This document shows positions 51,459-62,206 of a stretch of DNA of 64,000 nt, one piece after another. Numbering within the stretch: position 1 is the first letter of the stretch; each line of letters begins with the position of its first letter. The notes under the pieces were generated by a model. That model searched no databases. It was not told where the DNA came from and saw only the letters and a program-made list of their open reading frames with translations. The translations under genes and the position numbers were made by a program. This stretch comes from an uncultured Bacilli bacterium (lineage in GTDB: Bacteria; Bacillota_I; Bacilli_A; RF39; UBA660), in contig CAKOQD010000001.1 in NCBI GenBank assembly GCA_934101185.1, forward strand, positions 187,336 through 251,335, given 5' to 3'.

Positions 51459-52988
51459 TTAATCAATTCGTTGAAATAAAACAAACGCCTCATTTAATTT
51501 TGTACCAGACTTATAATACCCAAATTTATCTAAACTATCAAAACTTTTAATATTTGTATTTAACTGATTAAATATTTTTTCACTAGTATCTGGCATATAT
51601 GCTTGAAGTAAAACAGCACCAAATCTAATTGATTCCACTAAATTATATAAAACTGTAGATAGTCTATTCAAACACTTTTCATCTTTAGCAAGAACCCATG
51701 GCATAGTTTCATCGATATATTTGTTACATTTTCTAAAAATATCAAAAATAGCATCTAAAGAATCAGCAACACGTAAATTATTCATTTTGTCATCGACAAT
51801 ATCTCTGCTAGATAAAACTAAATTAATTAAATCATTATCAACCTCTTCAGTTATATTTTTATTTTCAACAATACCATCAAAATATTTATTAATCATTCCA
51901 ATAGTTCTATTAACTAAATTACCGAGTACATTAGCTAAATTAGAATTAATACTATCTACAAGAAGTTCTCTAGTAAAAGTTCCATCTGATGAAAATGGCA
52001 TCTCATGAAGCATATAATATCTAACAGCATCAACTCCAAATTCATTTACTAAATCATCAGCATAAACTATGTTACCTTTACTCTTACTCATTTTATCATT
52101 TCCAAAAAGCATCCAAGGATGACCAAATATTTTCTTAGGAAGATCTAAATCGAGAGCTTTCAATATAATTGGCCAATAAATAGTATGAAACCTTAAAATG
52201 TCCTTGCCAATTACATGTACATCACAAGGCCAATATCTATTAAACATCTCATCTGAATCACCATCTGGATCATATCCAAGAAAAGTAATATAATTGGTTA
52301 AAGCATCAAGCCATACATAAACAACATGATTTTCATCAAATGAGACAGGTATTCCCCATTTAAAAGACGAACGCGAAACACATAAATCTTCAAGACCTGG
52401 TTTAATAAAATTATTTATCATTTCGTTTTTTCTAGATTCAGGTTGTATAAAATGTGGATGACTTTCAATATAATCTTCAAGCCATGAAGCATAATCGCTC
52501 ATTCTAAAGAAATAAGCCTCTTCACTAGTTTCATGCACTTCTCTACCACAATCAGGGCATTTACCATCAACTAACTGAGTTTCAGTCCAAAAAGATTCAC
52601 ATGGTGTACAATAAAGTCCTTTGTACTCACCTTTATAAATATCACCTTGATCATATAACTTTTTAAATATCTTTTGAACTTTTTCAACATGTAAAGGATC
52701 AGTAGTTCTAATAAACTTATCATAACTAGTATTCATAACATCCCAAATGTTTTTAATTTCATCAGCAACACTATCAACATATTCCTTACAAGAAACACCT
52801 GCTTCCATAGCTTTTTGTTCTATTTTTTGACCATGTTCATCTGTACCAGTTTGAAAATAAACATCATATCCGTTAAGCCTCTTATACCTAGCAATAGCAT
52901 CTGTCAAAACAATTTCATATGTATTTCCAATATGCGGTTTAGCAGAAGTATAAGCAATCGCAGTACTAATATAAAATTTTTCTTTCAT
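51459..52988 (-). CDS. metG: Methionine--tRNA ligase
   Basis: It has a HIGN motif (AKPHIGNTYE), KMSKS, and a Cys4 knuckle (CTPCE...CPDCG). The ATG at 52988 lies 6 nt after GGAGGG. Confidence 0.97.
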   Translation of the reverse strand: MKEKFYISTAIAYTSAKPHIGNTYEIVLTDAIARYKRLNGYDVYFQTGTDEHGQKIEQKAMEAGVSCKEYVDSVADEIKNIWDVMNTSYDKFIRTTDPLHVEKVQKIFKKLYDQGDIYKGEYKGLYCTPCESFWTETQLVDGKCPDCGREVHETSEEAYFFRMSDYASWLEDYIESHPHFIQPESRKNEMINNFIKPGLEDLCVSRSSFKWGIPVSFDENHVVYVWLDALTNYITFLGYDPDGDSDEMFNRYWPCDVHVIGKDILRFHTIYWPIILKALDLDLPKKIFGHPWMLFGNDKMSKSKGNIVYADDLVNEFGVDAVRYYMLHEMPFSSDGTFTRELLVDSINSNLANVLGNLVNRTIGMINKYFDGIVENKNITEEVDNDLINLVLSSRDIVDDKMNNLRVADSLDAIFDIFRKCNKYIDETMPWVLAKDEKCLNRLSTVLYNLVESIRFGAVLLQAYMPDTSEKIFNQLNTNIKSFDSLDKFGYYKSGTKLNEAFVLFQRID

Positions 52989-53007
52989 AATCATCCCTCC
53001 AATAAAT

Positions 53008-53205
53008 AAAAAACGAAATATCTCTAAGGACGAAATATTCCGTGGTACCACCTTAATTTTGCAAAATTACAAACTTATTTTTTTAACGCATCCCTGCGGG
53101 CAAAACCTGTTCCGAAAATCATACCAAACAATTTAAAATATTTGTTTTCACCAAACACAAACTCTCTACAATTTCAAAATTGTCCTAACTTTTCTTCATC
53201 ACATT
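53008..53205 (-). promoter_or_regulatory. T-box riboswitch leader (Met specifier AUG) controlling metG
   Basis: On the minus strand, stem I contains AGAGAG and a GGUGAAA distal loop, and the specifier loop reads GGU-AUG-A (AUG at 53122-53120). The T-box sequence GGUGGUACCACG lies at 53052-53041. A terminator (CGGAAUAUUU/AGAUAUUUCG) is followed by U6. Confidence 0.85.
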
Positions 53206-53213
53206 TAAATAAA

Positions 53214-53242
53214 ATTATATCATAATTAAAATTATAATTCAA
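53214..53242 (-). promoter_or_regulatory. Promoter of the metG T-box leader (TTGAAT-17-TATAAT)
   Basis: On the minus strand, TTGAAT lies at 53242-53237, followed by a 17-nt spacer and TATAAT at 53219-53214. It overlaps the spoVT 3' end. Confidence 0.55.
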
Positions 53243-53762
53243 TATATTTGCTTAAAAATTTAGAATACGTAATTGCAGTACGCTCATCAAAAGAATCTAA
53301 ATCACAAGAATTAGAAACTATTATTACACTTCCAATAGCATCACCATCAACAATAATCGGACAAATAACATATCCAATAACATCAATTCTATCCTTAATT
53401 ATATTAAAATTAGTTTTAACATATGAAAAAGTATTAGTTCTTTCCTCAATAATTCTATCAACATCAGAAGAAATATCAAAAGTGAAATAATCATTTTTTA
53501 AAGCACCCGCTCCCGCAATAACACTACATCTATCAGTAATTAAAACAGTCTTATCAATTGAACTTGAAATGCTATCAACAAATTTATCATAAAAATCCTT
53601 TAAATCATCAAAATGAGAATACTTCTTTAAAATTATATTCCCATCTTCTAAAAATATTTCTAAAGACTCTCCATCTTTAATTTTTAATGTTTTTCTAATT
53701 TCTTTAGGAATAACAATTCTCCCTAGTTCATCTATTCTTCTAACAACACCAGTAGTCTTCAT
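53232..53762 (-). CDS. spoVT: Stage V sporulation protein T (AbrB-type N-domain + GAF-like domain)
   Basis: The product starts MKTTGVVRRIDELGRIVIPKEIRKTL (a SpoVT/AbrB swapped hairpin), is 176 aa long, and lies downstream of mfd as in Bacillus. Confidence 0.9.
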   Translation of the reverse strand: MKTTGVVRRIDELGRIVIPKEIRKTLKIKDGESLEIFLEDGNIILKKYSHFDDLKDFYDKFVDSISSSIDKTVLITDRCSVIAGAGALKNDYFTFDISSDVDRIIEERTNTFSYVKTNFNIIKDRIDVIGYVICPIIVDGDAIGSVIIVSNSCDLDSFDERTAITYSKFLSKYIEL

Positions 53763-53835
53763 TTACTTTCCTCACTTTCATAATTATTTTTCCATAAAAA
53801 AGCAAAAATATTCACAAAAAAACATAGTTCTAAAA

Positions 53836-56800
53836 CTATATTTCTTTAAAAAGTTTATTGAATAAAACTATTGGGCTATCTTCACCACTATTCTTCAAGA
53901 TTTTAATAAATAAACAATTATTTTTATAAGAAAATATAAATCTGTTACTAATTTTAAGTGATTTCATAATTAAATCCTCATAATCAATTGAATTTGACTT
54001 AACACTATTAAACACTACAGATACACTAAAACTATCTTCTACTATTTTAGATATTCCAATTTTCTTACTATAATTTTCAAACAATTCTTTATTCATATAT
54101 ATTATAATATCATCATTAAGCCTACCAAATCTATCTGTAAGTTCGTTATAAACTGAGTTATACTTTTCATAGGAATCAATACTGTTTATAAGTTTATGAA
54201 TTTCAATCTTCAGTTCATCACTGTTCGTATAAATATCAGAAATATGGCTAGTAACCTCTACATTACTAATAACATCATCATTCTTATCTAAAACTTCAAT
54301 TCCTTTCAATTTTAAGATTTCATCATTTAACATCTTCATATATAAATCAATACCAACACAATCAATATAACCAGCTTGCTCACTTCCCAAAATATCACCA
54401 GAACCTCTGATTGATAAATCGCGTGCAGCGATAGTAAAACCACTTCCAAGTTCAGTAAAATCCTTAAGTACCTGAAGTCTTTTTATAGAATTTTCAGTTA
54501 AAACTTTATTATTCTCATATGTCAAATAAGCATATGCAATTCTATCACTACGACCAACCCTACCTCTTATTTGATACAACTGGCTAAGACCAAACCAATC
54601 AGAATTATAAACAATAAGAGTATTAACATTAGGTATATCAACACCAGTTTCTATAATAGTAGTACATACTAAAACATCATATTTATGAAGAACAAAATCA
54701 TTCATTATATTTTCAAGATCATTTTTATTCATCTTTCCATGCGCAAAAGCAACTCTAGCTTCAGAAACAATCATCTGTATTTCTCTAACTTTTGATTCAA
54801 TATCTTCGACTCTATTATATAATATAAAAACTTGTCCATCACGTGATAATTCTCTATAGATAATATCTCTAATAATATTTTTATCAAATGCAAGTACATA
54901 AGTCTGTACAGCATGCCTATCCTTCGGAGGAGTCTCAATCAAAGACAAATCTTTAAGACCAAAAATAGTCATTTGTAAAGTTCTAGGTATAGGAGTTGCA
55001 GTAAGAGTAAGCACATCAATATTACTCTTATACTCTTTAATTTTTTCCTTATGTGCAACTCCAAAACGTTGTTCCTCATCAATAACTAAAAGTCCTAAAT
55101 CTTTAGGTTTAATATCATCACTAAGTATTCTATGAGTTCCAAATAAAATATCAACATTTCCCTTATTAAAATCATCTATTATTCTTTTAGCATTTTTGGA
55201 AGATACAAATCTATTTAATAATTCTATTCTAACAGGAAAACTTTTAAATCTATCAAGAGCACTCATATACTGTTGCCTAGATAAAAGTGTAGTAGGACAA
55301 AGATACATAACTTGTTTATTGTTCAATACAGCTTTAAACATAGCTCTAAAAGCAACCTCAGTCTTTCCATAACCAACATCACCACAAAGCAATCTATCCA
55401 TTGGAATATCACTTTCCATATCTTTTTTTATTTCCATAGTAGCCTTAATTTGATCATCAGTAGCATCATACAAAAACTCATTATCAAACATAATTTGAAG
55501 TTCATTATCCTTACTAAAAGCAAAACCTTTTTTTAATTTCCTTTCAGCTTGTACTTTAAGAAGTCTCTCAGCCTCATACTTGATTTTTTGACTAACTCTT
55601 CTTTTAGCTTTTTCCCATGCATTACTATTCAAAGAATTAACTTTTGGAACATACCCTTCCTTTCCAGAAAACTTACTAATCAACTCTATTTTAGAAGCAG
55701 GAATAAATAATTTATCCCCATTTGCATAAAGAATCTCTATATAATCGTTCAAAACTCCATTTTTAGTAAGAGTTTTAATACCATTATAAATACCAATACC
55801 ACAAGCTTCATGAACAACATAATCACCAATATCAAGTTTTGTTATATCATTTATTCTCTTAGAATACTTAAACTTAACAGCCTTTTTCTTAGCAAAAACC
55901 TTATTAAATAATTCCTTTTCACTAACAAAAATATAATTATCAATAGAAAAACCTTCTCCCAAAGGAAAATCAACTACATTTACTTTTTCATCAAATATTT
56001 TATTTAAATCAGTCAAAACATATGAAAAATCAAATAAGTTATCAATGTTCTTTTTATCAGACAAGCAAATAACAATTGTCTTTTTCAAAGATAAATACTT
56101 TTTAATATAATTATTAAAATAAGTAATATCACTACCACTATAATCTAAATTAGAAACACCAAAATCAATAAAGTTATTACTTTGTTTATAATTATCAAAA
56201 TCATTATAATATATAACCTTATTTAATGGAATATCCTCTAATTTAAAAAACAATGATTGCCCAGTACCATAATCAAAAAGTTCCTGAATCATATTTTTAT
56301 ATGAAACACCAATTTGATTATAATCCTTAAAAACAGTATAACAATCGCCCAAATAAGATGAAATATTTACATATTGACTACTATCAAATTCATCATTAGG
56401 ATATATTTTAATAGAATCAACACTTGAAATAGATCTTTGATCATCTGAATTAAAAAAACGAATAGATTCAATATCATCACCAAAAAATTCGATTCTTATC
56501 GGATTATCATTATCAATCAAAAAAATATCCAAAATATATCCCCTAACAGCAAAATCACCCATTTTTACAACCAAATCTTCTCGCTTATATCCCAAATCAT
56601 CAAGCTTTGAAATAATAGTTTCTATAGAAATATTATTACCAACAGATAATTCAATAATTTTATCAGTATATTCATCAACTGAAGGTAAATGCTTCAAATA
56701 GCCAACTAAATCTGTAACAACAATTCTTTTTTTATTATCTAAAAGTTCGTTCAAAACAGAAAGTCTCTCAGTTTTAAGAATAGGACTAGTAGCAAGTACA

Positions 56801-57030
56801 TTAATAAAAGATAAACTATCAGTCTCAAACAAAAAGCAATTATCATTATATCTATTTATAGCCTCATACGTTTTTTTTGCTTCAAACATACTTGGAGTAA
56901 CAATCAAAATACCATCTTTAATATTATTAAAAAAGTTATTAATAACAACACCAAAAAATTCATTAGTCAATCCAAATAAACTAATGTCATTTTTATAAGA
57001 AAAAGTACTTACTTTATCTAAAACATTCAT
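53836..57030 (-). CDS. mfd: Transcription-repair coupling factor
   Basis: The 1064-aa product has superfamily-2 helicase motifs (GDVGYGKTEVA, DEEQRFG) and a CarD-like domain. Confidence 0.96.
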   Translation of the reverse strand: MNVLDKVSTFSYKNDISLFGLTNEFFGVVINNFFNNIKDGILIVTPSMFEAKKTYEAINRYNDNCFLFETDSLSFINVLATSPILKTERLSVLNELLDNKKRIVVTDLVGYLKHLPSVDEYTDKIIELSVGNNISIETIISKLDDLGYKREDLVVKMGDFAVRGYILDIFLIDNDNPIRIEFFGDDIESIRFFNSDDQRSISSVDSIKIYPNDEFDSSQYVNISSYLGDCYTVFKDYNQIGVSYKNMIQELFDYGTGQSLFFKLEDIPLNKVIYYNDFDNYKQSNNFIDFGVSNLDYSGSDITYFNNYIKKYLSLKKTIVICLSDKKNIDNLFDFSYVLTDLNKIFDEKVNVVDFPLGEGFSIDNYIFVSEKELFNKVFAKKKAVKFKYSKRINDITKLDIGDYVVHEACGIGIYNGIKTLTKNGVLNDYIEILYANGDKLFIPASKIELISKFSGKEGYVPKVNSLNSNAWEKAKRRVSQKIKYEAERLLKVQAERKLKKGFAFSKDNELQIMFDNEFLYDATDDQIKATMEIKKDMESDIPMDRLLCGDVGYGKTEVAFRAMFKAVLNNKQVMYLCPTTLLSRQQYMSALDRFKSFPVRIELLNRFVSSKNAKRIIDDFNKGNVDILFGTHRILSDDIKPKDLGLLVIDEEQRFGVAHKEKIKEYKSNIDVLTLTATPIPRTLQMTIFGLKDLSLIETPPKDRHAVQTYVLAFDKNIIRDIIYRELSRDGQVFILYNRVEDIESKVREIQMIVSEARVAFAHGKMNKNDLENIMNDFVLHKYDVLVCTTIIETGVDIPNVNTLIVYNSDWFGLSQLYQIRGRVGRSDRIAYAYLTYENNKVLTENSIKRLQVLKDFTELGSGFTIAARDLSIRGSGDILGSEQAGYIDCVGIDLYMKMLNDEILKLKGIEVLDKNDDVISNVEVTSHISDIYTNSDELKIEIHKLINSIDSYEKYNSVYNELTDRFGRLNDDIIIYMNKELFENYSKKIGISKIVEDSFSVSVVFNSVKSNSIDYEDLIMKSLKISNRFIFSYKNNCLFIKILKNSGEDSPIVLFNKLFKEI

Positions 57031-57039
57031 AGTATCACC

Positions 57040-57594
57040 CTAATTATATTTATTCATTAAATTAGTAAAAGACACAACCATGAAATCATCCAAAATATCA
57101 GTAGTAATAGGTAATATTTCATTTAACTTTTTACTTTCTTCAGAAGACAAATTACCTAAAACATAATCTTTAGTATCAATACTTTTATTATTAGAAATAC
57201 CAAACTTCATGCGTTTATAATTTTTAGTACCTAAATTTGCCTCAATACTCTTAAGACCATTATGCCCTCCAGATGAACCAGATAAACGAAGCCTAATTTT
57301 TCCAAATTCCAAATCTAAATCATCACTTATAATTAAAATATCATCCACTGAAATATTAAAATAATCTATATATTTTTTTACAACAATACCTGATAAATTA
57401 ACATATGATAAAGGTTTCAATAAAATAATTTTTTCACCATTCAAAACAAAATCTACATATAATCCATTAAATTTTTCTTTAGTAATTTCAATTGAATGGA
57501 AAGAAGCATAATTATCCAATATATTAAAACCAATATTATGCCTAGTATTTTTATACTCCTTACCAGGATTACCTATACCAACAATTAATTTCAT
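57040..57594 (-). CDS. pth: Peptidyl-tRNA hydrolase
   Basis: The product starts MKLIVGIGNPGKEYKNTRHNIGF and has the GGHNGLKSI motif. Confidence 0.97.
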   Translation of the reverse strand: MKLIVGIGNPGKEYKNTRHNIGFNILDNYASFHSIEITKEKFNGLYVDFVLNGEKIILLKPLSYVNLSGIVVKKYIDYFNISVDDILIISDDLDLEFGKIRLRLSGSSGGHNGLKSIEANLGTKNYKRMKFGISNNKSIDTKDYVLGNLSSEESKKLNEILPITTDILDDFMVVSFTNLMNKYN

Positions 57595-58370
57595 AACATC
57601 ACATCCACAATTTTACCATCTTCTAATTCTAATTTATACATTCTTTTAAACAAATCTACATACACTACTTTGCCCTTATTAGAATCATTAGATATCACTT
57701 CACCAACTTTAGGTAAATCTTTTTTATATTCATTATACAATTCGTTTTCATACTCCAAACAACACATTAATCTACCACATACACCATTAATTTTCTGAGG
57801 ATTTAAAGCAAGATTTTGATTTTTAGCCATATTAATAGAAACACTATTTAAATCAGTCAAGAATGAAGAACAACACAATTTTCTACCGCAAGCTCCATAA
57901 CCTCCAACACATTTTGCTTTATCACGAACTCCAATTTGTCTAAGTTCAATTCTAGTTTTATATATATAAGCCAATTTTTTAGCAAGTTCTCTAAAATCAA
58001 CCCTTGCATCTGCTAAAAAATTAAATAAAAGTTGTGAACGATCAAAAGTAAAAGAAGCATCTAATATTTTCATATTCAAATTCAACTCAGCAACAAACTT
58101 ATTAGCATGTTCGATTGCAAGCTCTGAATCTTTAATATTCTTTTCATTCATGTTAATATCATCAGAATCAGCAATTTTTAAAATATTTTTAAGCTCAAAT
58201 GAAATTCGATTTTTGTCAACAGCGATTCTATCAGTACAAATTATCCCAAATTGTTGTCCACGTTCAGTTTCAACTATAACATAGTCATTTTTTTCAGGTT
58301 CATTCCCATTAGGTAAAAAGTAATATATTTTAGTAGAATCATTAAAACGTACACCAAATACTTCAATCAT
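57591..58370 (-). CDS. yaaT: PSP1-domain stage 0 sporulation protein YaaT (RicT)
   Basis: It has PSP1 domain sequence and a Cys cluster (CGRKLCCSSF...CGRLMCCLEYE). It lies downstream of holB. Confidence 0.9.
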   Translation of the reverse strand: MIEVFGVRFNDSTKIYYFLPNGNEPEKNDYVIVETERGQQFGIICTDRIAVDKNRISFELKNILKIADSDDINMNEKNIKDSELAIEHANKFVAELNLNMKILDASFTFDRSQLLFNFLADARVDFRELAKKLAYIYKTRIELRQIGVRDKAKCVGGYGACGRKLCCSSFLTDLNSVSINMAKNQNLALNPQKINGVCGRLMCCLEYENELYNEYKKDLPKVGEVISNDSNKGKVVYVDLFKRMYKLELEDGKIVDVML

Positions 58371-59282
58371 CTAATCATCTCCCAACATCTTAATTGTAAA
58401 ATCATCAATCAACAAATCTTTATTAGTATTAGATTTAGATTTATTAAGAAATGAATTAATTACATCAATCTTCTTTATTATATCACTAATTGTAGTATTT
58501 TTCATAACTTTTGCCTTTTCTTCATCATATCCATCAAGAAAATGTAAATCTCTATCATAATATAAATTAAAAATATCATAATAAAAAGCAAGACCAACTA
58601 GAAAAAAATTATTGAGTTCATTTTTAATGCTATACATATATTCATTAGTAAGTAAAAAAACATCATTTAATTCTAACAAACAATACAATTTAACCATACT
58701 AGAAATCTTATCATTAACAAAATCAGTGTAATTCAAAGTATCATCATAACCGCTCCAAATTAATTTATTAATAAAAGACTCATTATTTATTAATGACAAA
58801 ACCTGGCAACGCGAAACAATAGTATTCAATAAATCGTATCTACTATCAGCTACTAAAATTGCAACTATATCATCATCTGGTTCTTCTAAAAACTTAAGTA
58901 ATGTATTTGACGAAGACACATTAAGTAAATTAGCATTATTGATTATGTAAATTCTTTTATTATTATTTTGAGATTTAAAAGAAAAAATATGTTTTAAAAA
59001 AGCAACATCGTTCTTTTTAATTTCATTAGCATCACTATTAATAATATATAAATCAGAATATATATTTTTATCTATCTCATCAAGTATTACCTTTTGTTGT
59101 ATAGAATCTTTATCAATACAAAGAAAAAACTTAGCAAGTGAAATAGCTAAATCATATCCATAAGAAACACCATTAGTTTCAATTAAATAAGCATGAGAAA
59201 TATGACCATTATTAACAGAATTTATAATATACTTATAAAAAATATTTTGTATTTTTTCATATTTATCTAACATGCCTATCAC
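58371..59282 (-). CDS. holB: DNA polymerase III subunit delta'
   Basis: It is an AAA+-like clamp-loader subunit (SHAYLI...LLKFLEEP...TIVSRCQ). The start could be 59282 or 59273. Confidence 0.85.
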   Translation of the reverse strand: MIGMLDKYEKIQNIFYKYIINSVNNGHISHAYLIETNGVSYGYDLAISLAKFFLCIDKDSIQQKVILDEIDKNIYSDLYIINSDANEIKKNDVAFLKHIFSFKSQNNNKRIYIINNANLLNVSSSNTLLKFLEEPDDDIVAILVADSRYDLLNTIVSRCQVLSLINNESFINKLIWSGYDDTLNYTDFVNDKISSMVKLYCLLELNDVFLLTNEYMYSIKNELNNFFLVGLAFYYDIFNLYYDRDLHFLDGYDEEKAKVMKNTTISDIIKKIDVINSFLNKSKSNTNKDLLIDDFTIKMLGDD

Positions 59283-59446
59283 GTATAATCAATCTTATAG
59301 AAATATTAATTAATTTCTTATTGATTGATCCCTTTCTATTTATATTTTTGATTTATTATACAACTACTGTATAATAAATTTCGCATTGTGAATTTATTTC
59401 TATGTATTTACAGATATTATGGATTGGTATGAGGCAAATCACCTCA

Positions 59447-59641
59447 TCACAAAATTAACAATAAAACTATCAACAAAATCAATCCAAAAATATCAAACAA
59501 ACCCACTATCAAAATTGTAATAATATTAATTGGAACAAAATAAACTGAAGAACCCATTATTAAGTCATATATATAAATTATAAATGGGGCTAAAAGAAGT
59601 TTTCTCCCAATAAAATATAATCTTTTTTTCAAGAACAACAC
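59447..59641 (-). CDS. bofA: Pro-sigmaK processing inhibitor BofA-like small membrane protein
   Basis: It has two TM helices, and YFVPINIITILIVGLFDIFGL resembles B. subtilis BofA HVPINLVTTAISGILGIPG. It occupies the position after recR. The start is uncertain (a TTG codon). Confidence 0.6.
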   Translation of the reverse strand: MLFLKKRLYFIGRKLLLAPFIIYIYDLIMGSSVYFVPINIITILIVGLFDIFGLILLIVLLLIL

Positions 59642-59668
59642 CTCAAAAAAATATATGATTACAATTTA

Positions 59669-60265
59669 TTAAAATACTTCCTTTCTATTATTTAAAGCAG
59701 TTTCTAACGTAAGAACATCAATATATTCCATATCTGCTCCAATAGGAATACCATTAGCTATTCTAGTTACTACAATTTCATCCTTTTCTAATAATCTTTT
59801 TATGTATAAAGCAGTTGTATCAGCTTCTATACCAGTTTTAATAGCAAGAACAACTTCCTTTATATTATTTTCCTTTACCCTTTTTACCAATAAATCAATA
59901 GATAAATCATCTGGACCAATTTCATCAAGTGGAGAAATCAAACCACCAAGAACATGATAATATCCATTATAATTGCCAAGTTTTTCAAATAAAAATACAT
60001 CCTTAGAATTTTCAACAACTAAAATACTATCACTGTTACGTGAATTATCACTACAAATAAAACACAAATCATTTTCTGTTAAAGTACCACAAACCGTACA
60101 AGGTTTTATATCAGTTTTAGCATTACGTAATGCATTACTAAATTCAGTTACTTCTTCAACATCGAAATCAAGTACAGAAAAAGCTAATCTTTCAGCAGTT
60201 TTTTCCCCAATTCCTGGAAACTTTTTAAAATATTCAATTAAATATACTAAACTCTTTGGATACAT
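59669..60265 (-). CDS. recR: Recombination protein RecR
   Basis: It has a HhH motif (LPGIGEKTAERLAF), a Cys4 zinc finger and a Toprim domain. Confidence 0.97.
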   Translation of the reverse strand: MYPKSLVYLIEYFKKFPGIGEKTAERLAFSVLDFDVEEVTEFSNALRNAKTDIKPCTVCGTLTENDLCFICSDNSRNSDSILVVENSKDVFLFEKLGNYNGYYHVLGGLISPLDEIGPDDLSIDLLVKRVKENNIKEVVLAIKTGIEADTTALYIKRLLEKDEIVVTRIANGIPIGADMEYIDVLTLETALNNRKEVF

Positions 60266-60269
60266 ACTA

Positions 60270-60569
60270 TCACATCAATCCTGACATCATATTAGAATAT
60301 TTTCCCATCTTTTCATTAGTAGTTTTATCTACCTTAAAAAATGCATCATTCATAGCTAAAACTATCATATCTTCTAGCATAGAAATGTCATCACTTAAAT
60401 CATTAGCATCAGAAGAAATCTTAACACTTAAAACTTCTTTTTTTCCATTAACTACAACCTTAACTAACGAACTACTTCCCTCAAAAGTAGAGTTATCGAT
60501 TTCATTTTTAATATTTGTAATTTCTTTTTGCATAGCTTGTGCTTGTTTCATTAAAGCTTGCATATTCAT
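60270..60569 (-). CDS. ybaB: Nucleoid-associated protein YbaB/EbfC
   Basis: The 99-aa product starts MNMQALMKQAQAMQKEI and lies in the dnaX-ybaB-recR order. Confidence 0.93.
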   Translation of the reverse strand: MNMQALMKQAQAMQKEITNIKNEIDNSTFEGSSSLVKVVVNGKKEVLSVKISSDANDLSDDISMLEDMIVLAMNDAFFKVDKTTNEKMGKYSNMMSGLM

Positions 60570-60580
60570 AATTATCCCTC

Positions 60581-62206
60581 CTATTTTAATTCAACAATAT
60601 CTTTACCAAATAATGAAGTGGCCAAAACATCACTATCATTATTATTAAAAGAAACATTCTCATTTGAAGAAAGATTAATATCATTATCAACGTTTTCTTC
60701 GGTAATATAACTATAAACAATTCCATTTTGAATATTTTTTATATACTCATTTTTCAGTTTATCCCAATCAGAATCATTAATAAAAACAAGTTTATAGTTA
60801 GTATTCATGACACTATTAAACACTAATTCAATACCAGAAATATTGTTATCAACATTTTTAAGAACAGAATCATATTTAACTGATAAAATCAATTCATGTT
60901 TACCAGCAACTCGTAAATTACTATCAAGTAAATAAGAAATAAACAAAGAATCTTCAGGATTAGAAACAACTTCAGAAAATAAAACCCATTTAATTTTTAA
61001 ATCATTCAAAATACTTTTATCAGCTAAAGCAAAAGCATTATTAATCCTGATATCTTTATTATAACACACTTTATAAGTTTCAACTACATTTTTAGGAACA
61101 TCATCATTCTTACTACTAGAAACAACTTTCTTTTCTAAAGTAGACAAATTATCAACATCTCGAAAATTACAAACATTTGTTTTGCTATTAAATAATTTAT
61201 TGACAATTTTAATAATTCCAACCTCAAAAATAATTTTTTTGTTACTACTTCTTTTCAGTAATATATCTAACTCATTCAGCTCAAGTATTAAACTATAAAT
61301 AGAATCAAAATCACTACTATTATGTAAGATTAAGCAAGACTTAAGATATTCCATAAAACTATCTAATAAAATAACAACATCTTTACCCGAATTTTCCAAT
61401 TCAGTTAAGAGATTCAAAATATTAGAGACATCACCATCAAAAATATAATTTGTTAAAGATTTTAAATATTCCTCATTAACAATACCTTTTAAAGTGTAAT
61501 AATCATCAACAGTAATTTTGTCAGAATAAGAAATCAATTTATCCAACATGCTAATCGAATCTCTTAAACCACCATCACTATATTTTGCAATCAACTTCAA
61601 AACTTCATCATCAATATTAATATTTTCACAATTCACAATAGACTTCAATTTATTAACAATATCATTATTTGAAATACGTTCAAAACTAAAACATTGACAT
61701 CTAGAAATAATAGTTTCTGGAATTTTATAAAATTCTGTAGTTGCTAATATAAAAATAACATGAGTTGGTGGTTCCTCAAGAGTTTTCAACAATGCATTAA
61801 AAGCTCCACTCGATAACATATGCACTTCATCAATAATATAAACTTTATACTTTGAAATACTTGGCATTAAATTAACACTATCTCTAATTTTTCTAATTTC
61901 CTCAACACCATTATTCGAAGCAGCATCAATTTCAATAATATCAGGATTATTTTTGTTATTAAAAGAAACACAACTATCACATTCATTACAAAATGTAGAT
62001 CCATTCAAATTAAAACAATTAATAGTTTTTGCAATAATTTTTGCCAAACTTGTTTTACCAGTTCCCCTCGGACCAGCAAACAAATAAGCATGAGAAACAC
62101 AATCATTAGCAATAGAATTTTTAAGTATCTTTACAATAGAGTCTTGACCAGCAACCTCATCAAAACAAGTTGGTCTATATTTTCTATACAAAGCTAAATA
62201 AGCAAT
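60581..62206 (-). CDS. dnaX: DNA polymerase III subunit gamma/tau
   Basis: It has YRKYRP, GPRGTGKT, a zinc module (C..C..C) and SRC. The ORF-track start is TTG at 62191, but the in-frame upstream codons IIAYLAL and the position of GGGGGTGA suggest an ATT start near 62206. Confidence 0.93.
   Translation of the reverse strand: MAYLALYRKYRPTCFDEVAGQDSIVKILKNSIANDCVSHAYLFAGPRGTGKTSLAKIIAKTINCFNLNGSTFCNECDSCVSFNNKNNPDIIEIDAASNNGVEEIRKIRDSVNLMPSISKYKVYIIDEVHMLSSGAFNALLKTLEEPPTHVIFILATTEFYKIPETIISRCQCFSFERISNNDIVNKLKSIVNCENINIDDEVLKLIAKYSDGGLRDSISMLDKLISYSDKITVDDYYTLKGIVNEEYLKSLTNYIFDGDVSNILNLLTELENSGKDVVILLDSFMEYLKSCLILHNSSDFDSIYSLILELNELDILLKRSSNKKIIFEVGIIKIVNKLFNSKTNVCNFRDVDNLSTLEKKVVSSSKNDDVPKNVVETYKVCYNKDIRINNAFALADKSILNDLKIKWVLFSEVVSNPEDSLFISYLLDSNLRVAGKHELILSVKYDSVLKNVDNNISGIELVFNSVMNTNYKLVFINDSDWDKLKNEYIKNIQNGIVYSYITEENVDNDINLSSNENVSFNNNDSDVLATSLFGKDIVELK

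Noticed and set aside
59283-59446. Could the 164-nt gap between bofA and holB hold a tRNA, an rRNA remnant or a small RNA? Bacillus has rrnA after bofA.
   Set aside because: No cloverleaf-compatible sequence or rRNA-like conserved blocks are present. There is only a short hairpin (ATGAGG...CCTCAT) after bofA and AT-rich promoter-like DNA.
60581-62191. Is there a programmed -1 frameshift or slippery site producing a gamma form of DnaX?
   Set aside because: I did not find a convincing A AAA AAG-type heptamer with a downstream structure at the appropriate position by eye. This mechanism is characteristic of some Proteobacteria, not Firmicutes, so I do not claim it.
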